From assembly GCA_963702205.1 (NCBI GenBank), contig OY969724.1, forward strand, positions 1,632,001 through 1,696,000: a DNA stretch of 64,000 nt, read 5' to 3'. The notes under the pieces are model-generated. The model worked only from the letters and a program-made list of their open reading frames with translations, did not search any database and was not told where the DNA came from. Below, one piece after another: positions 31,903-42,981 of this stretch (position 1 is the first letter of the stretch; each line of letters begins with the position of its first letter). The translations under genes were made by a program, and so were the position numbers. Source of the stretch: an uncultured candidate division Zixibacteria bacterium (GTDB lineage: Bacteria; Zixibacteria; MSB-5A5; GN15; PGXB01).

Positions 31903-33300
31903 ATGATCGATAAATCAAAATCAGCCTTCGATAAAATAGGCCGTGTCCTCGTGGTCGATGACGATGCTGACGTGCTTCAAGCGGCCCGACTTCTTTTCAA
32001 GCAGCATTTCGCCTCAGTCCATACGGAAACGATCCCCGAGCGGATTCCACCGCTTCTTCAGAACGAACGGTACGATGTTATTTTGCTCGATATGAATTTC
32101 GCGCGGGACGTTTCCAGCGGCGAAGAAGGGTTTTACTGGCTCGATCAGATCCTGTCGATAGACCCGACGGCCGTGATAGTACTCATTACTGCGTTTGGAG
32201 ACGTCGATCTCGCAGTGCGGGCCATTAAAGCCGGTGCGACGGATTTCGTGCTCAAGCCGTGGCAGAACGAGAAATTGCTGGCGACACTTTCCTCGGCGAT
32301 GAAACTCCACCATTCGAACGAGCAGGCGCGCGTCCTGACGGAAAGACAGCAGCACCTCGTCAGGACGCTTGACCAGCCATTCTCCGAATTCATCGGGGTC
32401 AGCGCGGCAATGCGACAGGTGTTTGATACGATACAGCGGGTCGGGCCGACCGATGCCAATGTATTGATCCTCGGCGAAAACGGAACCGGCAAAGAGCTCG
32501 TGGCGCGGGCGCTGCACCGGCAGTCGAAACGGGCCGACCAAATTTTTGTCGGAGTCGACATGGGTGCGGTGAGTGATACGCTGTTCGAAAGCGAATTTTT
32601 CGGGCATGTCAAGGGAGCATTTACGGATGCGCGCGAGGACCGCGCCGGGCGGTTCGAACTGGCTTCGGGCGGGACCCTGTTTCTGGATGAAATCGGCAAC
32701 CTGCCGCCGCGCATGCAGGCGAAACTTCTGACGGTGCTGCAGGAGCGAACGGTTGCCCGCCTCGGCTCGAACAAGACGACTCCCGTCGACATTCGGCTGG
32801 TAAGTGCTACCAATATGCCGATCGAGGAGATGGTACAGCAGAACGAATTCAGGCAGGATCTGCTGTATCGTATTAATACGATTCAGATTGCCCTGCCGTC
32901 GCTTCGGGAACGTCCCGATGACATCGCTCCCCTGGCCGAACATTTTTTGGGATTGTACTGCACGCGATATCATAAAACCCGGAAGCGGCTGTCGGCGGGA
33001 GCACTGAAAAGACTGGAGCATTATTCCTGGCCGGGCAACGTCCGCGAATTGCAGCACGCCATTGAACGCGCCGTGATAATGGCGGATAAAACCCTGCTCG
33101 GTCCCGGCGATTTTCCGTTGTACGATCAACGTGGGAAGGATATGAGGCTCGTGTTTCGTGAGCTGCATCTCGAAGAAGTGGAGAGGACGGTGATCCATAA
33201 AGTCCTGACCAAGCACGAAGGTAACCTGAGTCATGCCGCCAGGGAATTGGGGCTGTCGCGGGCGGCCCTTTATAGAAGAATTCAAAAATATGGCCTTTAA
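31903..33300 (+). CDS. Sigma54-dependent NtrC-family response regulator
   Basis: REC domain, GENGTGKE, GAFTDA, LFLDEIG, WPGNVREL, Fis-type HTH. Confidence 0.95.
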   Translation: MIDKSKSAFDKIGRVLVVDDDADVLQAARLLFKQHFASVHTETIPERIPPLLQNERYDVILLDMNFARDVSSGEEGFYWLDQILSIDPTAVIVLITAFGDVDLAVRAIKAGATDFVLKPWQNEKLLATLSSAMKLHHSNEQARVLTERQQHLVRTLDQPFSEFIGVSAAMRQVFDTIQRVGPTDANVLILGENGTGKELVARALHRQSKRADQIFVGVDMGAVSDTLFESEFFGHVKGAFTDAREDRAGRFELASGGTLFLDEIGNLPPRMQAKLLTVLQERTVARLGSNKTTPVDIRLVSATNMPIEEMVQQNEFRQDLLYRINTIQIALPSLRERPDDIAPLAEHFLGLYCTRYHKTRKRLSAGALKRLEHYSWPGNVRELQHAIERAVIMADKTLLGPGDFPLYDQRGKDMRLVFRELHLEEVERTVIHKVLTKHEGNLSHAARELGLSRAALYRRIQKYGL

Positions 33301-34651
33301 GCATTTTCGTATTCAGGTCATCGTACGTGTCGTGTGCCTGGCGCTCACCATGGCGGCACTGGGTTATGTCCTGGCCAAAACTTCGCTGGTCGCCACTCCG
33401 GTACTGCTCGGGGCTCTTGTTGTTTATCAAGTCTATGACCTGATTAATTTCGTCGATCGCACCAACCGCCAGTTGACCCGTTTTCTCGAAGCGATCCGAC
33501 ACCGCGATTTCTCACAATCGTTCGTGACCCTCGGGCTGGGACGGTCGTTCGAGGGACTTTCGACCGCTTTCTCGGAAGTTGCCGATGATTTCCGTCGGGC
33601 CCGAAGCGAAACGGAGGCGCAGTATCATTATCTTCAGACCCTGGTCGGGCATATCGGGGTCGGCGTCATTGCCTTTAAAGACGACGGCGACGTGGAGTTG
33701 ATTAACCATGCCGCCAGGAAGGTCCTGAATGTCAATTTTCTTAAAAACGTCGACCGCCTGAATGAACTGGCCCCGAATTTTTCCGAAACCGTACTAAATC
33801 TCGCGGCGGGCCAGCGGGTACTGGTTAAGGTCGCGGCCGATTATGATATTCAACAACTGGCGGTGCACGCTACCAAAATCAGGCGCGGCACCGAAATTCT
33901 CACGCTTATCTCGATACAAAATATCGGGTCGGAGCTGGCCGAGCAGGAAATGATCGCCTGGCAAAACCTGATTCGCGTCCTGACGCACGAGATCATGAAT
34001 TCGGTTACACCTATCGCGTCGCTGGCCGGATCGGTCAATGAGATGGTGCACGATGAACTGGAATCTATTCAGTTTCAAACAAGCGGTACCGTCAATTCGG
34101 AAGTGATGGCGGACCTTACCGGTGCGTTAACCACGATCGAGAAGCGAAGCCAGGGTCTGTTACATTTTGTTGAGGCCTATCGCAACCTGACTAAAATTCC
34201 CCGGCCGGAGTTTCGTTTTATCTCCGCGGCGGAACTGATCGTCCGCGTCCAGCGCCTGCTCGATAAACAGCTTTCCGACGAAAGCATCCGGATGACGACT
34301 GAAATAGACCCACCCGATCTCGAACTTGCGGCCGATCCGAATTTGATCGAACAGGTTCTGATAAATCTCGTGATAAATTCCATCCAGGCCTTAAAGGGTA
34401 GGGATGACGGGACCATTGCGGTCCACGCGCATATCGGTCGCGGCGGCAAGACGCTGATTGAAGTGATCGACAACGGCGCGGGCATAGTTGAGAGCGCCAT
34501 GGATAACCTGTTCATTCCATTCTTTACGACCAAGAAGGGCGGGACGGGTATCGGTCTGGCACTGGCCCGCCAGATAATGCGTCTGCACGGAGGTAATATT
34601 GTGGTTCGTTCGACACCCCACGAGCGAACCTGTTTCACTCTCAGCTTTTAA
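33290..34651 (+). CDS. Sensor histidine kinase (NtrY-like)
   Basis: 2 TM, LTHEIMNS, NLVINS, DNGAG, FFTTK..GTGIGL. Confidence 0.93.
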   Translation: MAFKHFRIQVIVRVVCLALTMAALGYVLAKTSLVATPVLLGALVVYQVYDLINFVDRTNRQLTRFLEAIRHRDFSQSFVTLGLGRSFEGLSTAFSEVADDFRRARSETEAQYHYLQTLVGHIGVGVIAFKDDGDVELINHAARKVLNVNFLKNVDRLNELAPNFSETVLNLAAGQRVLVKVAADYDIQQLAVHATKIRRGTEILTLISIQNIGSELAEQEMIAWQNLIRVLTHEIMNSVTPIASLAGSVNEMVHDELESIQFQTSGTVNSEVMADLTGALTTIEKRSQGLLHFVEAYRNLTKIPRPEFRFISAAELIVRVQRLLDKQLSDESIRMTTEIDPPDLELAADPNLIEQVLINLVINSIQALKGRDDGTIAVHAHIGRGGKTLIEVIDNGAGIVESAMDNLFIPFFTTKKGGTGIGLALARQIMRLHGGNIVVRSTPHERTCFTLSF

Positions 34652-34855
34652 TTCCAATGTTTGGCAGGTATTTTGGGGTTGCCAAGGGGGACGGCAAAGT
34701 GGTATTTTGATCTATCAAAATAGAAAAGAACGGGGGTCGCGGGATTGTGTGGTGAACACTGAAATCGAGCGGCCGGATAGATGTCAAATTCGCGGAAATT
34801 TCGACATGTTTATATTCCGCTATTTATAGCCGCTAACTATGAAAATGGAGAAAGC

Positions 34856-35203
34856 ATGGCATTTTCAGAGATCGAAAAAGACGGGTACGAGAAGCTGGTG
34901 GCCAAATATATCGAGCAGCGACGCCCGGCGAAAGAAATACGTGACAAAATAGACTTGGCATATCGCATTGGGGGACAAGATATAATTATATTGGAAATTC
35001 GCCCTTACATATTTGATCGAACCCGGAAAATTGAAACTGAGATTGCAAAGGCTACGTTTGTTCGCAAAAAAAATATATGGAAAGTCTACTGGATGCCGAG
35101 TGATTTAAAATGGCATAGTTATCAGCCCGAACCTACCGTCAAAACGCTCGCGAAATTTCTTGAGTTGGTCAATGAAGATAAAATGTGCTGCTTTTGGGGT
35201 TGA
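34856..35203 (+). CDS. DUF3024-like protein
   Basis: EIAKATFVRKKNIWKVYWMPSDLKWHSY...D..CCFWG. Confidence 0.75.
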   Translation: MAFSEIEKDGYEKLVAKYIEQRRPAKEIRDKIDLAYRIGGQDIIILEIRPYIFDRTRKIETEIAKATFVRKKNIWKVYWMPSDLKWHSYQPEPTVKTLAKFLELVNEDKMCCFWG

Positions 35204-35205
35204 TC

Positions 35206-35706
35206 ATGACTGATTCGAAACGACGTAAAAAATCAGAAATTACCGATCAGAAATCGCGCCCGGTGTCGTTGGAGAAAATAATCGAGGGTATGGAGTTCCA
35301 GTCCGATTCGGTCCACGCATATTTTAATAAAGAGACCGGAGATATTGCGCTTGTTTCAGACGAATCTTTTAGGGCTCTTGATTCCGGAGAAGAAGAGGAC
35401 CCTGTGACCGGCGAACCTCTTGACGTTGTAAGGGAAATAGCCGATGGAAAATCATACCTGGCTTTACCGTCTCAATTCGAGATCAACGAGTATGAAATTA
35501 TGGAAAGCTTTGCCTTGTCTCAAAACGACCAGGCGGTGTCCCGGGCATTGCTTTTAATGTTACAGGGGAGTGGGGCCTTCCGCCGTTTTAAAACCTATGT
35601 TCACGAATTAGATTTGGCTGCAAACTGGTATGAATTTCGACGACGGGCTTATAAGCAAATAGCCATCGACTGGTGTGATGACAATCACCTGGCATATGAC
35701 CTCTAA
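35206..35706 (+). CDS. UPF0158-family protein
   Basis: YFNKETGDI, LPSQFEINEYEIMESF, GSGAFRRFK, AIDWC. Confidence 0.8.
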   Translation: MTDSKRRKKSEITDQKSRPVSLEKIIEGMEFQSDSVHAYFNKETGDIALVSDESFRALDSGEEEDPVTGEPLDVVREIADGKSYLALPSQFEINEYEIMESFALSQNDQAVSRALLLMLQGSGAFRRFKTYVHELDLAANWYEFRRRAYKQIAIDWCDDNHLAYDL

Positions 35707-35817
35707 TCAGGAAACCCACCCTGAAGGGCTTGTCGATAAAGTCACTATTATGTCCCGTCATGTCCCGATAAATCGGGGCGCACGACCTGCCGGGACGATG
35801 GATTCTCAACAAGCCCC

Positions 35818-36123
35818 TTGCTGTGGACGATCCGTCCCAGCTGCGGTATGCTGCACGGACCGCCGGGTGATGCCAGAAGTGATGGCAACGTCAAACTCAT
35901 AGATATATTATGGATCATCCAATATGTCTATGAAGGAGATTACGGTAACCCGCCCAATCCCAATGGATGCAACGGCCTGTTGGATGCCATGAGTGACGGC
36001 CAGTCCACGGTTCTTCCTCAGGTTAATCTGATTGATATATTGCATTTGATCGATCATATTTACGAACCCAACGACCCGACCAATCCCCCGTCTTGCTGCC
36101 CTCCGGATTGTCAGATACCGTAA
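35818..36123 (+). pseudogene. Orphan dockerin-like fragment
   Basis: PGDARSDGNVKLIDILWII...NPNGCNGLLDA...VNLIDILHLI; no signal peptide or cargo; apparent frameshift just upstream (VCCTDR/PGDA). Confidence 0.7.
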
Positions 36124-36400
36124 TTGGAATTGTTGCTCTGATACGAATTGGAAGCCGGAAACGGCTTTCCGCATTTTTATGTACGGCGAAAAATTCCGAT
36201 TCAGACGGGATTATTCTGTCTACAATAAGAATATTCTACGGAATTGTATAATAATCTATTACGTGGACCCAATTAGTATAATAAGGCTTAATTGTGGCAT
36301 TGTTGTATAATGCTGCTGGGCAAGACTATACGTATATTTAGGCGTTATTGGCATATCGTTTGTAAAACAAATAGTGGAAACTTTTAACAAGGAGGTCGAA

Positions 36401-36859
36401 ATGAAAAGGGCAAGCATGACCTTGATCCTGGCGGTCCTTCTTACCTTCGGGCTGGTTACGTACGCAGCCGCCCATATGATGGGAGATGAAGATGGCCATA
36501 TGAGGGGAGACGACAATTCGGCCTTTGATTACGGCTATATGGGTCCGGATATGATGGACGGATACGGTTACGGATATGGATATGGGATGACGGGGTTCAT
36601 GTCGCAAATGGATACCGCGCTGAACGGCATGTCATACAACAGCACGAAAATGAACCAGGAATTCAATTCGTTCGAGTCCCAATATCGGAAAATGATGAAG
36701 ATGCAGGATATCAACCAAATCAAGACGGAAATGACCAGGCTGTATAACCAGATGCAGGCGATGCATCACGGATTAAAGCAGCAGCAGACAATGAGCGAGA
36801 ACGCACTCTCAATAATGAACAACCGTTACCAGGACGGATTCATGGGGCCGAATATGTAG
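36401..36859 (+). CDS. Exported Met/His-rich helical protein, likely metal-binding
   Basis: RBS AAGGAGG, signal peptide, very Met-rich, first gene of the copper cluster. Confidence 0.75.
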   Translation: MKRASMTLILAVLLTFGLVTYAAAHMMGDEDGHMRGDDNSAFDYGYMGPDMMDGYGYGYGYGMTGFMSQMDTALNGMSYNSTKMNQEFNSFESQYRKMMKMQDINQIKTEMTRLYNQMQAMHHGLKQQQTMSENALSIMNNRYQDGFMGPNM

Positions 36860-36980
36860 GGATATAACTTGTCGCCGAAGGCCACTATGACAGTTAAGAC
36901 CGATACCGGCCGAGACGATCTTTCGAGACCGTGCCCGGCCGGAAACGGCGGCGGGTCGATTTTAAAGGAGGTGACGGAAA

Positions 36981-37220
36981 ATGCATTACGGATTGGGTGG
37001 ATACGGAGGTTTCGGAAGTTTCGGAGGCTTGGGTATGATTCTCTTCTGGATTGCGCTGGTGATTGTGGTTATAGTCGTGCTGAGAATGTTTAGCGGTAAG
37101 TCGGAAAACAGGCCGTCGAATCCCGGAACTCCGATGGATGTCCTCAAGCGGCGCTACGCTTCGGGTGAAATAGACCGGGACGAATTTGAACAAAAGAAAC
37201 ACGATCTTGTTGGAAAGTAA
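36981..37220 (+). CDS. SHOCT-domain membrane protein
   Basis: Gly-rich N-terminus, TM helix, LKRRYASGEIDRDEFEQKK. Confidence 0.88.
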   Translation: MHYGLGGYGGFGSFGGLGMILFWIALVIVVIVVLRMFSGKSENRPSNPGTPMDVLKRRYASGEIDRDEFEQKKHDLVGK

Positions 37221-37250
37221 AAATGAAGCATAAAACGGGAGAACATAAAA

Positions 37251-37562
37251 ATGACATACAAAGACCCGATATGCGGAATGACCGTCGAAGATACCTCGCC
37301 GCATCGGCTTGAGGTGGACGGTCGGCAGATTTATTTCTGCAGCGACGATTGTAAAAAGAAGTACCTGGAATCGCGGAAAACTGCGGGTCAGGAATTGAAA
37401 GACCCGGTTTGTGGCATGGACGTTACGTCAGACAGCCCACACCATTTTGAATACGAAAACACTACTTATTATTTCTGCTGCGCCGGGTGTCGCAATAAAT
37501 TCGCCGATAACCCCGGGAAGTATGCCAACGCCGAAAGCCACCACCACGCCGGACATCATTAG
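37251..37562 (+). CDS. Tandem YHS/TRASH-domain protein with His tail
   Basis: DPICGM...FCSDDC and DPVCGM...FCCAGC; HHHAGHH. Confidence 0.88.
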   Translation: MTYKDPICGMTVEDTSPHRLEVDGRQIYFCSDDCKKKYLESRKTAGQELKDPVCGMDVTSDSPHHFEYENTTYYFCCAGCRNKFADNPGKYANAESHHHAGHH

Positions 37563-37656
37563 CATTGTTTTTGTGGTTTTCGCGTAGAAATGGAAATACT
37601 TTTGGAGACACCGGGGACAGTCGACCGGCTGTGTGCACGAGAAGGAGTATGGTAAG

Positions 37657-40317
37657 ATGACTTATACGGATCCGGTTTGCGGAATGACGGTAGAGGATAC
37701 GTCGCCACATCGACAGGAAGTCAATGGGGAGACATTTTATTTTTGCTGTGCAGGCTGCAAAAATAAATTCATGGAATCTCATAGGGAACAGCCTCAGGAA
37801 TTAATAGACCCCGTTTGCGGCATGACAGTCAAGCCGAACAGCCCTCATCATTTCGAGTATAAAAACACGACCTATTACTTCTGTTGCGCCGGATGCCGTG
37901 ACAAATTCGCGGCCGATCCAGAGAAATACCTTGAAAAAGACGACAATCATGACGGCGATGGTGTCGGTAGTGCCGGGCACGGGGATCATCACGGCCATAT
38001 GCATCATGACGAGCACGGCGGTCATCACGAACATTCGCACGGAGGCGGTGGCACGGCCACGGCTGTGGCGGAAAAATCATCGGCCGCCATGTATACCTGC
38101 CCCATGCACCCTGAGGAAAAAAAGCAGGGCCCCGGTGATTGCACCAGGTGCGGCATGGCGCTGGAACCGGTGACAGCGGCGGCCCCGTCGCAGAAGACCG
38201 AATACACCTGCCCGATGCACCCTGAAGTAGTGCAGGACCGTCCCGGTATCTGTCCCAAGTGCGGCATGGCGCTGGAAGCTCGCACGGTAACGGTCGAGGA
38301 AGAAGAAAATCCCGAACTGCGCGATATGTCGCAGCGGTTCTTTATCAGTCTCGTGCTATCCATCCCGCTTTTGTTCATAGCTATGGGCGACCTGATTCCG
38401 GGTATACACGGCTGGCTGCAATTGTACGCCAGCGCGCATGTCATCACTATAATAGAATTGGTGCTCGCCACACCGGTCGTGCTTTGGTGTGGCTGGCCGT
38501 TTTTCGTGAGAGGTTACCGATCTATCATCAACCGCAGTCCGAACATGTTCACCTTGATCGGGCTGGGTATCGGGGTGGCGTATACGTACAGCCTGATCGC
38601 GGCGCTGTTTCCGGGTATTTTCCCGGCCGCATTCAGGAGTGAATCCGGTACTGTCAGCGTCTATTTCGAAGCCGCTGCGGTGATCACGACCCTCGTGCTG
38701 TTGGGTCAGGTCCTGGAACTTCGTGCCCGCAGCCGGACCGGAGCGGCCATAAAGGCGCTCCTGGGTCTGGCTCCCAAAACGGCCCGGCGTGTGAATGACG
38801 ATGGCTCGGAAGAAGATATCCCGCTCGATCAGGTACAAATTGACGATAACCTGCGGGTGCGTCCCGGTGAAAAAGTGCCGGTCGACGGGTCGGTGGTCGA
38901 AGGCAGTAGTTCGGTCGATGAATCGATGATTACCGGTGAACCGATCCCGATAGAAAAATCTCCGGGCGACCGGGTGATCGGCGCGACCGTCAACGGGACC
39001 GGTTCGATAATTATCAAGGCCGAAAAAATCGGGTCGGATACGCTGCTGGCGCAGATAGTACAAATGGTGGCCGACGCCCAGCGAAGCCGGGCCCCGATAC
39101 AAAAAATGGCCGACGTGGTTGCGGCGTACTTCGTACCGACCGTGGTGGCGGTCGCGGTCATCACGTTTATTATCTGGGCGACGGTGGGGCCCGATCCGAA
39201 ATTGACCCACGCCCTGATTAACGCCGTCGCGGTACTGATAATCGCCTGCCCGTGCGCTCTCGGACTGGCGACGCCGATGTCGATCATGGTCGCGAGCGGC
39301 CGGGGAGCGGCAGTCGGTGTGCTTTTCAAGAACGCCGAAGCGATCGAAGTTTTGCGCAAGGTCGACACGCTGGTACTGGACAAGACCGGGACGCTCACTC
39401 TGGGTAAACCCAAACTGGTCTCGGTGTTTGCGGCGGATTCTCATAACGAAGAGAGTCTTCTGGAGGCCGTCGCCGGTCTGGAAAAAGGCAGTGAACATCC
39501 TCTCGCGGCTGCGATAGTGGATGGAGCGGCCGACCGGGGTGTCTCGCCCAAACGCGCCGAAAATTTCGAATCGATTACCGGTAAGGGCGTGATAGGCACA
39601 ATCGACGGCAGGCAGGTGGCCCTCGGCAACCGGTCGCTTCTCGAACAATTGAAAATCGATTTAAGCTCACTGGCCGGCAAGGCCGAAGAAATGCGGCGGG
39701 AAGGACAGACCGCGATGTTCGTTGCCATCGGCGGAAAAGTGGCGGGATTGGTTGGTGTCGCCGACCCGATCAAAGAGACAACCCCGGATGCGATCAAACA
39801 GCTGCACGCCGAGGGCATCAGCGTCGTCATGCTCACCGGCGACAGCAAGGTCACGGCCCAGGCGGTCGCGGACAAACTTGGAATCGATGAAGTTATCGCC
39901 GAAGTATTACCAAACCAAAAGGCCGAAGCGGTGAAGCATCTGCAGGACCGGGGGAAATTTGTTGCGATGGCGGGTGACGGTATTAACGACGCCCCGGCCC
40001 TGGCACAGGCACAGGTGGGTATCGCAATGGGAACCGGAACCGACGTGGCGATGGAAAGCGCGGGCGTGACACTGGTTAAGGGTGACTTAAGAGGGATTAT
40101 CCGGGCGCTCAAGCTCAGCCGGTTGACCATTCGCAATATCAAACAAAATCTGTTTCTGGCGTTCGTTTATAATTCGATCGGCGTGCCGGTCGCGGCGGGC
40201 ATATTGTATCCGTTTTTCGGTATTCTGCTGAGTCCGATTATCGCAGCGGCGGCGATGAGTTTCAGCTCGGTATCGGTCGTGAGCAATGCTCTCAGGCTCC
40301 GTCGGGCGAACGTTTAA
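37657..40317 (+). CDS. copA: Cu(I)/Ag(I)-translocating P1B-type ATPase with two YHS and two YTCPMH domains
   Basis: TGE, CPC, DKTGT, SEHPL, GDGIND, YN and MxxSS motifs. Confidence 0.93.
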   Translation: MTYTDPVCGMTVEDTSPHRQEVNGETFYFCCAGCKNKFMESHREQPQELIDPVCGMTVKPNSPHHFEYKNTTYYFCCAGCRDKFAADPEKYLEKDDNHDGDGVGSAGHGDHHGHMHHDEHGGHHEHSHGGGGTATAVAEKSSAAMYTCPMHPEEKKQGPGDCTRCGMALEPVTAAAPSQKTEYTCPMHPEVVQDRPGICPKCGMALEARTVTVEEEENPELRDMSQRFFISLVLSIPLLFIAMGDLIPGIHGWLQLYASAHVITIIELVLATPVVLWCGWPFFVRGYRSIINRSPNMFTLIGLGIGVAYTYSLIAALFPGIFPAAFRSESGTVSVYFEAAAVITTLVLLGQVLELRARSRTGAAIKALLGLAPKTARRVNDDGSEEDIPLDQVQIDDNLRVRPGEKVPVDGSVVEGSSSVDESMITGEPIPIEKSPGDRVIGATVNGTGSIIIKAEKIGSDTLLAQIVQMVADAQRSRAPIQKMADVVAAYFVPTVVAVAVITFIIWATVGPDPKLTHALINAVAVLIIACPCALGLATPMSIMVASGRGAAVGVLFKNAEAIEVLRKVDTLVLDKTGTLTLGKPKLVSVFAADSHNEESLLEAVAGLEKGSEHPLAAAIVDGAADRGVSPKRAENFESITGKGVIGTIDGRQVALGNRSLLEQLKIDLSSLAGKAEEMRREGQTAMFVAIGGKVAGLVGVADPIKETTPDAIKQLHAEGISVVMLTGDSKVTAQAVADKLGIDEVIAEVLPNQKAEAVKHLQDRGKFVAMAGDGINDAPALAQAQVGIAMGTGTDVAMESAGVTLVKGDLRGIIRALKLSRLTIRNIKQNLFLAFVYNSIGVPVAAGILYPFFGILLSPIIAAAAMSFSSVSVVSNALRLRRANV

Positions 40318-40390
40318 CGTCCCGGCATTTTCGCGCATGAGATAAAAAAAATTCTGATTGAAATTCCCGGTGCTTGTCGTAGATTGACCC

Positions 40391-41257
40391 GTGATGGGTA
40401 TATTGGAAAAATCCGAGAAACTGCCGATAGATAGGCGATATTTTAATGTCTCCATCATCTGGATTTTCTATTTCAGGATTGTACTCAGGGCCCTGTACTA
40501 TCTGAAAATACCGCATGAAACTGTCACGGGGCTTTCCATTACGTTCGGGCTGGTTTCCGCCGGGCTATTTTATTACGGACATTATATCCTCGCGGCAATT
40601 TTTCTGCATTTCAAAGATATATTCGATGCCTGCGACGGTGCCCTGGCGCGTCTTACCGGGCGCGGTCATTTGGTCGGCAGGTATCTTGACTCGCTGGGCG
40701 ATTTTCTGGTTCTGTCCGCGGTTGTCTGGACGATCGCAATAAGAACGATGCAGACCGGCGCCATAAATTTTGCGATTTGGGCCGCGGCGGCCCAGCTTTC
40801 GATCTTTATCCAGTGTTCGTTTTTCAATTTCTATCAACTGGCCTATCTGGAACAGTACGGGTCGGACCGTCTGATTTCGAAAAAAGACGAAGTGCACAGA
40901 GACGATCTTAACGCTCAATATAGAAGTTCGGTAAGCAGGTTCGCCCTAAAACTCCTCCGGTTGCTATATATCGTTATTTATGGCTGGCAGGATAAATTCG
41001 TAGCGTTGGTCGACCGCTTTGCACTAAAATTAAGCGGCAAGCGTGGTAAGGTGCAGTGGTACGGTTCCAAAACCGCCATGACGCTTATTTCGCCGCTTTG
41101 TTTCGGGACACATATATTTATCATAATCGCATGTACATTATTGGGTCATCCGGAAATACCATTGAAGATCATAATAATCTTTATGAATTTGTATCTATTT
41201 TTATTTATGATCGGTAAAATTCTTTTTTCCCGATTCTATTCCTCGGATAACAGATAA
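40391..41257 (+). CDS. CDP-alcohol phosphatidyltransferase family protein
   Basis: DACDGALAR...GRYLDSLGD signature. Confidence 0.88.
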   Translation: MMGILEKSEKLPIDRRYFNVSIIWIFYFRIVLRALYYLKIPHETVTGLSITFGLVSAGLFYYGHYILAAIFLHFKDIFDACDGALARLTGRGHLVGRYLDSLGDFLVLSAVVWTIAIRTMQTGAINFAIWAAAAQLSIFIQCSFFNFYQLAYLEQYGSDRLISKKDEVHRDDLNAQYRSSVSRFALKLLRLLYIVIYGWQDKFVALVDRFALKLSGKRGKVQWYGSKTAMTLISPLCFGTHIFIIIACTLLGHPEIPLKIIIIFMNLYLFLFMIGKILFSRFYSSDNR

Positions 41258-41407
41258 ATGTGAATAAAAAAGACCATATTACACCTCTAATTTTCATATT
41301 TCGATGAACCTTAATTGCATAAATTTCGTGTAATATTTATATTGGGCTAATGATGTGCCCGCTGCTGAAGATTAATGTATCAAATATAATGTGGAGAGGG
41401 TATTTCC

Positions 41408-42952
41408 ATGAAAGAGATTTCCCGAAGAAAATTCATCCAAGTCGGAGCAGGAGGACTGGCGTTGGTATCTATTCCTTACTTTTTTAACGCTATTGCGCTG
41501 TTCGCCATGACCGGTCCCAACCCGCAGGACGCGTCGCTGTCCGATTTTATGGAACATTTTGAAGTCGACGAGAAAATTATCAAAGACGTCATTTCCGCCG
41601 CTTTGGAAAAAGGCGGTGATTATTGCGACGTCTATTTCGAGCACTCCATAAGCGGCAGCATCGGGCTGGAAGACGACATCGTCAATCGGGCCTATACCGG
41701 CGTCGCGCTGGGTGTCGGCATCCGGGTGCTGGAAGGCGATCAGACCGGGTATTCGTTCACGGAGGATCTGACTCCGGGGGCGATGATTCTCGCGGCGAAG
41801 ACGGCTTCGAATATCGCCCACGATAAGCGCGAAGTCGGTTCCGTCGAATACAAGAGCAGCGAAAAGCCCAACTATTATGAAATAGAAACGCCATCGGAGG
41901 ACGTCGGCATCGACAAAAAGGTGCAGCTCCTCAAGACCATCAACGAAAAAGTCAAGGCGCTCGACAGCCGGATAATCAAATCTCAGGTTTACATGAGCAA
42001 TAGTGCGTCCTACCTGCTGATGGCGACGTCGGATGGACGGATCGCGCACGATTATCAGCCGATGTTTTATATCAATGCCGGATGCACCGCCGAATTCGAC
42101 GGCCGCAAAGAGAAAAACGGGTTCGATCTTTCGGGACGTTACGGCATGGAATTTATCGATGATAAAAACGTCGACCGTGTCGCCTCTGAAGCTGTGAAAA
42201 GGACCATCGCTCTGTTCGAAGCGGGCAAACCTCCGGCGGGTGAGATGGAATTGATCCTGGCGGCGGGGAGTTCCGGCATTCTGCTGCACGAAGCCATCGG
42301 ACACGGCATGGAGGCCGACTTCAACCGCAAAAACGAATCGATCTTTTCCGATAAAATCGGCAAGGCGGTCGCCGAGAAATTCGTGACAATCGTCGACAAC
42401 GGCACCAACCCCAATATGCGCGGTTCGATCAACGTCGATGATGAAGCCAACGGCACCCAGGAAACGGTCATGGTGCGCGACGGCATTCTCGAAAGCTACC
42501 TGCACGATCGGATCAGTTCCAACTTTTACGGCGTCAAACCGACCGGGAGCGGGCGGAGAGAATCGTTCCGCTATGCGCCGATTCCGCGTATGAGAAATAC
42601 CTATATGCTCAATGGTCCGCATTCTAAAGACGAAATCGTCAAGAGCGTCAGGAAAGGTATCATCGCCGAGACCTTCACCAACGGTGAAGTGCGCATCGGC
42701 CCGGGAGATTTCACGTTTTATGTCAAGTCGGGCTATCTGGTCGAAGACGGCAAAGTGACGATGCCGATCAAGGATTTCAATATCATCGGCAACGGTCCCG
42801 ATGTGCTCAGCAAAGTCACGATGGTGGCGGACGACCTGCAAATGGCGGAAGGTGGCTGGACCTGCGGCAAATCCGGACAGAGCGTTCCGGTTTCGATGGG
42901 TCTGCCGACAGTGAAGGTGTCATCCATCACGGTCGGTGGTGTTAATTCATAA
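41408..42952 (+). CDS. tldD: TldD metalloprotease with twin-arginine signal
   Basis: SRRKFI, HEAIGHGMEAD, PRMRNT, WTCGK. Confidence 0.92.
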   Translation: MKEISRRKFIQVGAGGLALVSIPYFFNAIALFAMTGPNPQDASLSDFMEHFEVDEKIIKDVISAALEKGGDYCDVYFEHSISGSIGLEDDIVNRAYTGVALGVGIRVLEGDQTGYSFTEDLTPGAMILAAKTASNIAHDKREVGSVEYKSSEKPNYYEIETPSEDVGIDKKVQLLKTINEKVKALDSRIIKSQVYMSNSASYLLMATSDGRIAHDYQPMFYINAGCTAEFDGRKEKNGFDLSGRYGMEFIDDKNVDRVASEAVKRTIALFEAGKPPAGEMELILAAGSSGILLHEAIGHGMEADFNRKNESIFSDKIGKAVAEKFVTIVDNGTNPNMRGSINVDDEANGTQETVMVRDGILESYLHDRISSNFYGVKPTGSGRRESFRYAPIPRMRNTYMLNGPHSKDEIVKSVRKGIIAETFTNGEVRIGPGDFTFYVKSGYLVEDGKVTMPIKDFNIIGNGPDVLSKVTMVADDLQMAEGGWTCGKSGQSVPVSMGLPTVKVSSITVGGVNS

Positions 42953-42981
42953 TGCCGATATCGGAAATGGGAGATAAATAG

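Noticed and set aside
32014..33285. 423-aa antisense ORF
   Set aside because: Shadow of the NtrC gene in GC-rich DNA; no protein-like motifs
38356..39648. 430-aa antisense ORF
   Set aside because: Shadow of copA
41372..42841. 489-aa antisense ORF
   Set aside because: Shadow of tldD caused by codon bias
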